Of a stretch of 20,000 nt of DNA, positions 7,785 to 15,497 are shown piece after piece. The DNA comes from an uncultured virus (IMG/VR IMGVR_UViG_3300034062_006192) (taxonomy: Duplodnaviria > Heunggongvirae > Uroviricota > Caudoviricetes). Where the stretch lies: IMG/VR virus record IMGVR_UViG_3300034062_006192, one strand, 5' to 3'. Every line of letters begins with the position of its first letter. Within the stretch, counting starts at the first letter, position 1. The translations under genes and the position numbers were made by a program. Below the pieces are notes generated by a model that had not been told where the DNA came from, searched no databases, and saw nothing but the letters and a program-made list of their open reading frames with translations.

Positions 7785-7934
7785 TCAGCTGGCCTTTGGC
7801 CGCTTGCCCCGTGCCGCGGCCACCGGTGGGGCCTCCTGCAGGCGCAGCATCACGGTGGTCTCCACAGCCACGTTGGCCCAGTCGATGGCCTCGCCATCGC
7901 TGCGGGGGGCCTGGGGGGTGGCGGGGGTGGGCAT
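7785..7934 (-). CDS. Small hypothetical protein (49 aa)
   Basis: Below ORF-track cutoff. MPTPATPQAPRSDGEAIDWANVAVETTVMLRLQEAPPVAAARGKRPKAS; high GC3; stop abuts XRE stop; alternative ATG at 7952. Confidence 0.55.
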   Translation of the reverse strand: MPTPATPQAPRSDGEAIDWANVAVETTVMLRLQEAPPVAAARGKRPKAS

Positions 7935-8147
7935 AGTCGTGGATCGGGGCATCAGGAACAGGCTAGAGATTCCGCCACTTGTTACGGGTGATCAACTGAC
8001 ACACATGGGCCGCGTTTCCGCGTCCGCCAGACGTTACGATTCGGGAGCGCGGGGGAGACCCGCACCGCCAGCCGGCCATAGGCGTAAAACCGGGCCGATC
8101 CGCTCCCAGCAGTCCGGGAGTGTCAACCCTTGCTCCCCACTTCAGCC

Positions 8148-8453
8148 ATGCCTGTAACGCACACAAAATATCTTGCCTTCATGGAAGGCTACAAAGAAGT
8201 GGTTGCACCTTTCGAGCAAGAGTTTATTCGCTTGCGCGAGACGGAAGACAACCCAGGCATGGACTACATGCAGTTTATTGAGCGAATGGCCATGGTTGAG
8301 CGGCACCGTGACATTGCAATCGCCGAGTACGCTGGAATCCCGTCCACTAGACAAGCTCTAGATGAGTTGCACGCCGCCACTTGCGGTAGCCGCAGGTCCG
8401 CTTATGCCTACATAGTTCTTGACGAACTGCCAGATGATTACTGTGCCGACTGA
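8148..8453 (+). CDS. Small acidic hypothetical protein
   Basis: 101 aa from ATG 8148; lower GC; about 19 D/E versus 10 K/R by manual count. Confidence 0.75.
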   Translation: MPVTHTKYLAFMEGYKEVVAPFEQEFIRLRETEDNPGMDYMQFIERMAMVERHRDIAIAEYAGIPSTRQALDELHAATCGSRRSAYAYIVLDELPDDYCAD

Positions 8454-8511
8454 TCCTCGCTACGACCCGACCATCGCTGCATGGCTCTTGCTGGTGGATC
8501 TCGATGCCTGA
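8434..8511 (+). CDS. Possible 25-aa peptide bridging two genes
   Basis: MITVPTDPRYDPTIAAWLLLVDLDA; overlaps upstream stop and downstream ATG (ATGCCTGA). Confidence 0.3.
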   Translation: MITVPTDPRYDPTIAAWLLLVDLDA

Positions 8512-8710
8512 TCCTTCTGGGGAGCGGGTGAAGAGGCATCGTGCGCGCCTTTCTGGCGACGCACCGCCTTGCCCAGTGTGCCCACAATGCGGCCGCAAAG
8601 TCTGGGGGCAGGTCTTTTTGCCTCTTTGCTCTAGATGCGGAAGGAAAACGCCTGCAGGCAAAGACGCAGATGCCGCTCGCAAAAGAAGTTCCCGCAACCC
8701 GTCGAAATGA
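8504..8710 (+). CDS. Small basic zinc-finger protein
   Basis: CPVCPQCG...LCSRCG CxxC pairs flanked by basic helices. Confidence 0.65.
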   Translation: MPDPSGERVKRHRARLSGDAPPCPVCPQCGRKVWGQVFLPLCSRCGRKTPAGKDADAARKRSSRNPSK

Positions 8711-8719
8711 CTGAATGCG

Positions 8720-11158
8720 TCAATAGTTGTATCTAATTCCCCGCGCCTCAAGCGTCTTCGCGCCAAAGTCAGGAGTTATTTTCTGCCGCGTGCTGTAAAT
8801 CGGCCTTGAAAGGAACGCACTCTTCCACGCCATATCTTTTTCTTCTTGGGTCGCCTTGTGTTTGGCCCCATGCTTTATTGCCAGCCCTGACACAAAAGTT
8901 AAAAAGGTTTGCCTGCGATGGCTCACTTTTTTGGCCGCGACCTTTTGCGTTTCGGTAAGGCTAGAGAGTTCACGTTCTCGCTTGGACCGACGTGTCAGCC
9001 TGCCCTGAATCGACTCTTTTGTTAATGCAACGCGTCTGTAAGACGGGGCCAATGCCATATTTGCACTCCTCCCCTTCGTTTCGCTGCGGAGCTTAACAGC
9101 CTCTTGACCAGGCTCAGCAGGCTTGGCTGCAGCCGCTTTCGCCGCGGCCTGCTGGCGAGCACCGCGCAGCTGGCCGGCCTTGGCCCCTCGCTGCTGCTCA
9201 ATCCCGGCGGCCAGGCCGGCGGCCTCCTGGGCCCGCACTGGGGCGATGCCCCGCTGGCCGCTGGTGCCGCCGGCCGCCAGGGCCAGCAGCTTGCGCATTC
9301 GCTCCTTCCCCATGGCCGACTGGGGCTGGCTGCGGCATTCCTTCCGCAGGGAGATGCATGCCGACCCGCACCCATAGCCGGTGCTGCATTTCCGTTTAAG
9401 GGCATCGATCCGCTCCTGCAGGCTGTCGGCCCAGGGCCGCTTGCGCAGTCCCACCGCCTCCAGCTCTGCCTGCACCGCCTTGAAGACATCCTGCTCCAGC
9501 TCCTTCCGCACCGTGGCCTCGGCCTCGCCAGCCTCGACCCGATCGGCGGCACGGTTTAGGGCGGAGCTGATCGGGCCAGAGGAGCTCTTCAGCCGCTCGA
9601 ACACCCCCAGGGCCTCGCTGGCCTCGCCGGCCACCTTGGCGCTCTGCTCCTGGTTGATCACGTTCCCGCCCTTCTCGGTCAGGCTGCTGGCGGCCTTGGC
9701 CTTGCTGACGGTGGAGAAGAGGCGCTTCTCCCGGGCGATCTTGGCCTTCAGACCGGCGGACAGCTTGGCCCGGGTAAGCAGGTTGTCCTTGGCCTCCTCG
9801 GTCTCGCCGAACAGGCTCATCGTGGTCTGAGTGCGTTGCACGCTGGCAGCGGCATGCTCCACCAGCTCCTGCAGGGTCTGATCGGTGATGGCCTTACGGG
9901 AGCCGATCATCTTGAACACCTCCCGCTGCTTGGTGTCATCGAGGCCACTGCCGCCGATGATCGCCCCGCGGTTTACGGTCAGGTCACCCCGCACCACGGC
10001 GTTGAAGACGTCGCCAGGCAACTTGCTGAGGCTCAGCCCCTTGGAGGCCTGGCCGCTGCCCAGGGGCAGGCCCCGGGCCTCCACGTCCTGCTGGCTCTTG
10101 ATGCCGGTGTCGCGGAAGAACTTGGCCGCATCCATTGGGCTGCCAGCCCCCTCGGCGATGTTCTGCAGGGCCCCGATCGCCCGGGCCTCGGTGGCGGTGG
10201 CGGCGTTCAGGAACCGCACGGTGACGGCCTCCGCCCCCAGGCGGTTGGCCAGGGCCAGCCTGTTATGGCCATTGATCACGTAGACCTTGCCGTCGCCTGG
10301 GTCCTTCCAGACAGCCATCACGCCGGAGAGGTTGGCGTCCCACTTGCGCACCCCCGACAGGCTGCCCACCTCGCCGGTGGTGGCGGTGGCGTTGAGCTTG
10401 TACTGGAACCGGGAGGGATCGAAGCCGATCTCCCCTGGCTTCATCTCCCGGACGGTCCCGGGCTCGGTGGAGCTGTTGGCCCCGGATGGGAGCTTGCCGG
10501 TGCGCAGGAACTCGGCAATCTCCGGCCGCTCGAGCAGCTTCTGCACCCGTTGGGTGGTGCGGTCCTTCTGCAGGGCCGCTGCGGCCGCCCCGCGGGAGGC
10601 CTGCACCTGGCTGGCAGTGGCCCTGGCCGACTGGTCGCCGGCGGCAGCCAGCTGCTGGAGGCGCCGCAGGCGGCCCTTGCCGAGCGCTGAACGGGGGGCG
10701 ATCCGGCACTCCTTCTGGAGGGAGATGCAGGCGTTGCCGCAGCCGTAGCCCGTCGCGCATTTCCGCTTCTGGCCACTGCCGGCCCGGGTGCGGCGGAAGT
10801 CCATCCGGGAGCCGGGGGCCCGCAGTTGCAGGAACGAATCCGATCGCAGCTCCCAGCCACGCTGCAGCACCCCCTCCCAAGCGGGGCGATAGCCGACGCC
10901 TTCGGCATCGATACGGAACCGGTAGACCAGGCCATCGGCGGCCATCCGCCCGGCATGGGCAGCACCCTCCTGCCGCCAGTCGAGCACCAGGGCGCCGGGG
11001 AGCACTTCGGCCAGTACCTCCTGCAGCACCGGGGAGACCCGATCGCCAGCGTCATGCCGCAGGGCCATGGGCTGCCGGGGCAGGGCCTGCCGGTTTGTCG
11101 AGACAAGCTGGGCCTCGATGGCCGAGAGGCGATCCAGCAGGGACTGGTGGCGACTCAT
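8720..11158 (-). CDS. Large modular phage protein with two Cys4 repeats and a ParB/sulfiredoxin-like domain
   Basis: 812 aa; KRKCxTGYGCGxACISLxKEC at aa 131 and 588; VYVINGHNRLALA resembles the ParB/Srx GxxR motif; ATG coupled to upstream stop. Confidence 0.85.
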   Translation of the reverse strand: MSRHQSLLDRLSAIEAQLVSTNRQALPRQPMALRHDAGDRVSPVLQEVLAEVLPGALVLDWRQEGAAHAGRMAADGLVYRFRIDAEGVGYRPAWEGVLQRGWELRSDSFLQLRAPGSRMDFRRTRAGSGQKRKCATGYGCGNACISLQKECRIAPRSALGKGRLRRLQQLAAAGDQSARATASQVQASRGAAAAALQKDRTTQRVQKLLERPEIAEFLRTGKLPSGANSSTEPGTVREMKPGEIGFDPSRFQYKLNATATTGEVGSLSGVRKWDANLSGVMAVWKDPGDGKVYVINGHNRLALANRLGAEAVTVRFLNAATATEARAIGALQNIAEGAGSPMDAAKFFRDTGIKSQQDVEARGLPLGSGQASKGLSLSKLPGDVFNAVVRGDLTVNRGAIIGGSGLDDTKQREVFKMIGSRKAITDQTLQELVEHAAASVQRTQTTMSLFGETEEAKDNLLTRAKLSAGLKAKIAREKRLFSTVSKAKAASSLTEKGGNVINQEQSAKVAGEASEALGVFERLKSSSGPISSALNRAADRVEAGEAEATVRKELEQDVFKAVQAELEAVGLRKRPWADSLQERIDALKRKCSTGYGCGSACISLRKECRSQPQSAMGKERMRKLLALAAGGTSGQRGIAPVRAQEAAGLAAGIEQQRGAKAGQLRGARQQAAAKAAAAKPAEPGQEAVKLRSETKGRSANMALAPSYRRVALTKESIQGRLTRRSKRERELSSLTETQKVAAKKVSHRRQTFLTFVSGLAIKHGAKHKATQEEKDMAWKSAFLSRPIYSTRQKITPDFGAKTLEARGIRYNY

Positions 11159-11607
11159 CGATCAGGGATCTCCTTCCACGGCCGGGGCGGCGTCAAGCGG
11201 CTGCGCAGGTGGTCCCTTGCGGCATCACTCGCGGATGAGGCTGCAAAGGCGTTCTGGGCCTTCATTTCTTTGGCTGGGATCATTCCGGCGGCTTCGGCGG
11301 CAGCCTGCAGCCGCTCCGGGCTGATGGCCTCGATCTGCTGCTGCAGAGCCAGGGCAGGCTTCACCGCCGCCTCCAGAGGCTCGATCTGCTGCTGCAACTG
11401 GAGGACCGGCCCCAGCGTCACCTTCAGGTCTGCGATGCGCTTGGTGGCCGCTGCATGCAGCCGCTCCTCCAGCCCCTCAAAGGCCGTGTCGATCCGGTCT
11501 TCCGCCCGATCCAGCGCGGCATCGATCGCACCATCCAGCTGGGCGCGGACCTTGAGCGCCAGCTTCGTGGCGAGGTGATCCAGCAGGCCCTCGATCCAGT
11601 TCATCAC
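11155..11607 (-). CDS. Helical/coiled-coil hypothetical protein
   Basis: Amphipathic helices; internal duplication PVLQLQQQIE / PALALQQQIE; coupled starts and stops on both sides. Confidence 0.75.
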   Translation of the reverse strand: MMNWIEGLLDHLATKLALKVRAQLDGAIDAALDRAEDRIDTAFEGLEERLHAAATKRIADLKVTLGPVLQLQQQIEPLEAAVKPALALQQQIEAISPERLQAAAEAAGMIPAKEMKAQNAFAASSASDAARDHLRSRLTPPRPWKEIPDR

Positions 11608-11888
11608 GATGCCCCCAGGCGGGCTTTCATGCGCTCGATCCGGGCCTGGAGAGTGCTGTCCTCCCGGCCGCCGCCGGCCTGGCCCTTGGGCTTGTAGGTC
11701 ACCATTCCGCCCTTGGTGAACTTGAAGGTGAAGCGCGTCTGGTTCGATATGAACTCGCCTTGGGGCTCACCGCCGGCATCGGAAATCGCCACGATCCGCA
11801 CCGGGCGGATCTGTTCACTCAGCAGCTCAGTGGCCAGCCGCACCATTTCAGTTCGTCGATCCACAGGGCCTGCAGCGTTCTGAGTCAA
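11604..11888 (-). CDS. Small hypothetical protein, apparent paralogue of the N-terminal domain of the 812-aa protein
   Basis: TTG start; high GC3; aligns by eye with aa 44-92 of 8720..11158. Confidence 0.7.
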   Translation of the reverse strand: MTQNAAGPVDRRTEMVRLATELLSEQIRPVRIVAISDAGGEPQGEFISNQTRFTFKFTKGGMVTYKPKGQAGGGREDSTLQARIERMKARLGAS

Positions 11889-11921
11889 GTATGGGCATGG
11901 TGATAGGGAGGCCCGGCCGCC

Positions 11922-11949
11922 GGGGTCACACCGTTGGGGTCACACCGTT
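11922..11949. repeat. 14-bp tandem duplication spanning a stop codon
   Basis: GGGGTCACACCGTT repeated twice. Confidence 0.9.
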
Positions 11950-12803
11950 GGTGCGTCGGATTTGTAGGGATGCCCTGCGGGGAGGAGGTTTTGTAGGTTC
12001 CATCCGGCGACCGGGCCGGCGACGTAGCCCTCTGCCTGCAGGATGGTGTCCTGGGTAGTGCCAGGCGACAGGATGCCAAGCATAAATACCTTGCCAACAA
12101 GCGGGAATGCATTGCCGCCGGTCGCCCCGACTTGCAATAAGTGGGTAGCATTTGCCGTAGAGGCAAGGTTTGTGAATGTATTGTTTTTAATTTCTATGCC
12201 GTTGACGCGGAGTATTGACCTATTTGCTGGAAGCGCTGCGGCTGGGTTAAATGTATGCGCAACTATTACAGGTGTATTCGCTGAGTGCGCACCGTTCCCT
12301 GATATGTTTTGCGCTGTAGGCTGGGCAGGGACACCGCGAACGATTTGGGCAGTGAATGTATTGTTTCTGGAGACATTAAACCTGTCGTCATAAAACATGC
12401 CAAAACCGTGACTTGTGGTGAGTATGCCACTGTTTCCGCATAAGCCATAGATTGCGTTAGGGTCGCTGCTGGTTCCAGCTTCCCACACGGCGATAACCGT
12501 TGCACCGGCCCCGGCGGCTATGTGAAGAAAATTGAATACTGATGCTAAGCCTGCAAAGGTAAGCCATTCTGAGCCGCTAAAAGTAAGGCTGGCCTTGCCA
12601 TTTAGCGCGTTCGCCGTAATAGTGGGCCGACTTCCGGCGGCGCCGTTAAATACCAGGCCGTTTCCCTTGGCGTCCTGTATCTGACTTACCGCTCCCGATG
12701 TAGTTGTGACAGTGCCTGCCTCGTTCGGCAGCAGCAGCAGCTCAGTGGAGGTGTTCGCGAGGGTCCATAGAGTTGGCGCCCGCCGCCTAGAAGAGTGAAT
12801 CAC
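11940..12803 (-). CDS. LamG/concanavalin-A-like virion protein, candidate receptor-binding protein
   Basis: GAVSQIQDAKGNG...RPT...LNGKASLTF and C-terminal EGY...WNL...LPAGHPYK pattern seen in phage lectin-like proteins; likely start GTG 12803 (MIHSSRRR) rather than 12974; low-GC core. Confidence 0.7.
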   Translation of the reverse strand: MIHSSRRRAPTLWTLANTSTELLLLPNEAGTVTTTSGAVSQIQDAKGNGLVFNGAAGSRPTITANALNGKASLTFSGSEWLTFAGLASVFNFLHIAAGAGATVIAVWEAGTSSDPNAIYGLCGNSGILTTSHGFGMFYDDRFNVSRNNTFTAQIVRGVPAQPTAQNISGNGAHSANTPVIVAHTFNPAAALPANRSILRVNGIEIKNNTFTNLASTANATHLLQVGATGGNAFPLVGKVFMLGILSPGTTQDTILQAEGYVAGPVAGWNLQNLLPAGHPYKSDAPTV

Positions 12804-12871
12804 TTTTTGCACCCTCCCATCTGGCGGGCCAGCCGCAGAGGAAATCCATGGCGGCGGAAGGCGCAGTTCAT
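12800..12871 (-). CDS. Possible 23-aa coupling peptide
   Basis: MNCAFRRHGFPLRLARQMGGCKK; starts in TAATG overlap with upstream stop and ends in GTGA overlap with next start. Confidence 0.35.
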   Translation of the reverse strand: MNCAFRRHGFPLRLARQMGGCKK

Positions 12872-13536
12872 TACTCCTCAATTCCATTGACCCAGCCCGT
12901 AGCACCTTCGCTGTCGTCCTGCATTTTGCTAAACGGCCAATCGTCAATATTGCCGGTTTCCCCAGCCTCTTCAATCGCAGCGTAGATTACAGCTAGTCTT
13001 TTATCGTTATGAAACGAAGCAGCCAAAAGTTTTTCGTGGCGTTCCACAAGAACTGTAAATTCAGGTAAATTGTTTTGTGCCGCTATCTGTTTTTCAGCCC
13101 AAGCCAATTTTTCATTATACCCAAGCTCTTGCGGCCAAAGCGCACGGTTACTAGATTCCCAGTACCCCCTAGCCAAAGTTTTCAGCTCGGCTTTACTGCG
13201 CCGCTTGAGCAAGCGGGTCTCCTCGTATGTCCCCTGAGGGTGGCCGGTTGGTGGCTTGGGTACGGCTGGCTTTAGAAAACGGCCACTGTTTTCGGAATCA
13301 ACAAACCTAAGCTCGGTGTCAAAAGGCGCTCCCTGGAACGGCACATATTCGTAGAATTCTTCGCTGAAGTCGTGAACGCCACCGTTGCCGGTGGGCCAGC
13401 GGTCACCGCTTGGGTTGTTAATATTGCCGTTGCTTACATTAACAAACAAAGCAACGCTTTTGCCATCTAATGGTCCTGAGGTGTAATACTCAATTCCAGT
13501 GATGGGGTTTATTGCTGTGGGGGTCAGGGGGGTCAT
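12871..13536 (-). CDS. Hypothetical protein in tail-fibre cluster (possible fibre assembly chaperone)
   Basis: 221 aa clean ORF directly after the fibre gene; low GC; function from position only. Confidence 0.7.
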   Translation of the reverse strand: MTPLTPTAINPITGIEYYTSGPLDGKSVALFVNVSNGNINNPSGDRWPTGNGGVHDFSEEFYEYVPFQGAPFDTELRFVDSENSGRFLKPAVPKPPTGHPQGTYEETRLLKRRSKAELKTLARGYWESSNRALWPQELGYNEKLAWAEKQIAAQNNLPEFTVLVERHEKLLAASFHNDKRLAVIYAAIEEAGETGNIDDWPFSKMQDDSEGATGWVNGIEE

Positions 13537-13541
13537 GGTGT

Positions 13542-15104
13542 TTAGGAGTAACGAACGAAAACAGTGAGTTTTAGGCCGGTGGCCCCCGTGCCGACCTGGA
13601 TTAGGTCGGCCCCTATGGAATCCCCGGCCGCAAGGGTCAGGGTGCCCGTGAGGGTGCCACTGACATTTGTAAAAATGCCAGTGGTCACGGGCAGGGATGC
13701 GTTGGCGCTCAAAAGGTTGGTCCTTGTCCCACTGCGGCGGGCAAACAGCATCACCTGGCTGCTGCCGCTGGTTGATACAGTTGTCGGGTTTAATTCAAAA
13801 GTTACAGCTACCACTGTGCAAGCCCGATCTACGGCTTTCTCTTCGTAGTTATTAGCAGGAGCCGCAGTTTCTCCCTTGTTTGAAATGGTGAGGACTATGC
13901 CCTCGGTCATTACAAGGTTGCCGCTTTGGATTGAAAGCCCACCAGTTGGCGTTAGCTCCTCAATGGCCCCGGTCCCAGCCGTAAATCGGCCAGCAATCTT
14001 TCCAGTGCCGATCGTGAGGCCAGAGCCGGTGATGACGCCCGCCAGTGCTCTTTCAGCAATGTTGCCGACCACCTTCTGCAAGGCCTGGAGGATTGAATCG
14101 GTCGCCGCAACGGTCCCGGCCCCTGCGGTGAATCCGGCCAGAGCCGCGCCGATCGCTCGGACGGCAGTGAAGAACAGGTTGCCGCCGCTCTCGGCAAGGT
14201 CGCCTGTTCCCAGCGTGACAACGCCGGTCTGCCCGTTGATCGAGCTGACGCCAGCCGCTGACGTCGGCAGCTGTACCCAATCGGCCAGTGAAGCGCCGTC
14301 GTTAGCGACAATCACCCACTCACTGGCCTGGCCATCGGTTCTGATGCACCAGTCGCCTCCCTGCCCCCTCAGGGCGAGCATTGCGGACTGATTGGCCACC
14401 GAGCCCAGGTATTGCACCAGGGCGATGGCGGGGATCTGGCTGGTGGGCACCACGCTGTCCACTAGGTCGGCCTTGGCCGCCAGCCCAGAGGTGAGCGTGG
14501 CAGGCTGAACAGCCGTGTCGGCCTTGGCCCCCTGGGCTGCCGTGGCGTAGGCGGATGCGGCGGTTGTGGCCGCAGATCCCAGGCCCAGGCTTGTGCGGCC
14601 GGTGGCGGGGTTCAGCCCCGTGCTGCCACCGTCCCATCGAGTCCGCTCCGCGTAGGCGGTGTTCCAGTTGCCCTGGCTGGTGTTGCTTGGCAGGCTGAAT
14701 CCCGTGGGCAGGTCCAGTGTCAGGGTGACGTTGCCGCCCGTGTTGGTGGTGCTGGTGCTCCAGCCGCTGGGTGCTGACAACGACACCGACTGCACCGGGG
14801 CCGCTGCCGCTGCCTCTGCTCCGGTGGTGTAGCTGGGGTGGGGGTCCGCCGCGGCGGCGTGGGCCGCCACTGCCGCCGCGGCTGTCCCGGTGGCGTCCGC
14901 GCCAACTTGGGCAGCCGTGGGCATGGCGTGGCGGTGGTCGCTGCGGCTGCCTGTCGAAGCGGTGCCAGCGGCTGCAGGGCCCAGGGCCTGGGGAGTGGCA
15001 TCGCTCAGGGATGCGCCACCTTCGCCATTTCCTCCCCCAGGCGGTGGGTTCACCGTGGCCTGGAGGGTGGTTTCGTCCAGTACAACAACTGCCGAAATAT
15101 CCAC
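13542..15104 (-). CDS. Tail fibre-like protein
   Basis: 520 aa A/G/T-rich; fibre motifs LSDATPQALG, SRSDHRH, AVAAHAAAADPHPSY, LGLGSAAT, VSSINGQTGVVTL, AATDSILQALQK. Confidence 0.8.
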   Translation of the reverse strand: MDISAVVVLDETTLQATVNPPPGGGNGEGGASLSDATPQALGPAAAGTASTGSRSDHRHAMPTAAQVGADATGTAAAAVAAHAAAADPHPSYTTGAEAAAAAPVQSVSLSAPSGWSTSTTNTGGNVTLTLDLPTGFSLPSNTSQGNWNTAYAERTRWDGGSTGLNPATGRTSLGLGSAATTAASAYATAAQGAKADTAVQPATLTSGLAAKADLVDSVVPTSQIPAIALVQYLGSVANQSAMLALRGQGGDWCIRTDGQASEWVIVANDGASLADWVQLPTSAAGVSSINGQTGVVTLGTGDLAESGGNLFFTAVRAIGAALAGFTAGAGTVAATDSILQALQKVVGNIAERALAGVITGSGLTIGTGKIAGRFTAGTGAIEELTPTGGLSIQSGNLVMTEGIVLTISNKGETAAPANNYEEKAVDRACTVVAVTFELNPTTVSTSGSSQVMLFARRSGTRTNLLSANASLPVTTGIFTNVSGTLTGTLTLAAGDSIGADLIQVGTGATGLKLTVFVRYS

Positions 15105-15106
15105 TG

Positions 15107-15460
15107 TTACGACGCCCTCCCAAGCCTGGTGATTTCCTGTGTGCCAGCGAAAAGCGGGATGATCGTTCCGCTGGCTTGCGTGAGGATGATCTCCCAGTAA
15201 TAACTTCCTGCCGTCAATGGCAGGATTTGCGGGAGAACTCGAAAGACGCCACCGACCGCATTGGTGAGCTGAATCCCAGCGCCAACAACAAGATTCAACC
15301 TCTCCAGGTTCTCACCGACTCGCCGGTAGATCATGCGCAGCTGCGCATTGGTCAGGTTCAGCGGGGTCCCGACCGGCTGCTCCAGCGTTACCGAGTTAAT
15401 TCCTTCCCACGTCGTGCCTTCGTAGACCGCGCTGAGCGTGAGGATTTGCGGCTGTGTCAC
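15107..15460 (-). CDS. Small beta-sandwich virion protein (BppU N-terminal-like fibre adaptor)
   Basis: PLNLTNAQLRM...GIQLTN...LTAGSYYWEI pattern, directly upstream of the fibre gene. Confidence 0.6.
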   Translation of the reverse strand: MTQPQILTLSAVYEGTTWEGINSVTLEQPVGTPLNLTNAQLRMIYRRVGENLERLNLVVGAGIQLTNAVGGVFRVLPQILPLTAGSYYWEIILTQASGTIIPLFAGTQEITRLGRAS

Positions 15461-15497
15461 GGCTGGCGGGCAGCTGGCGTCAGGCTAGGCCTCACAA

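Noticed and set aside
12804..12974. N-terminal extension of the 344-aa ORF
   Set aside because: Overlaps the upstream gene by about 100 nt; GTG 12803 fits better
11940..15104. Diversity-generating retroelement or invertible fibre cassette
   Set aside because: No reverse transcriptase, template/variable repeat pair or invertase seen in the window
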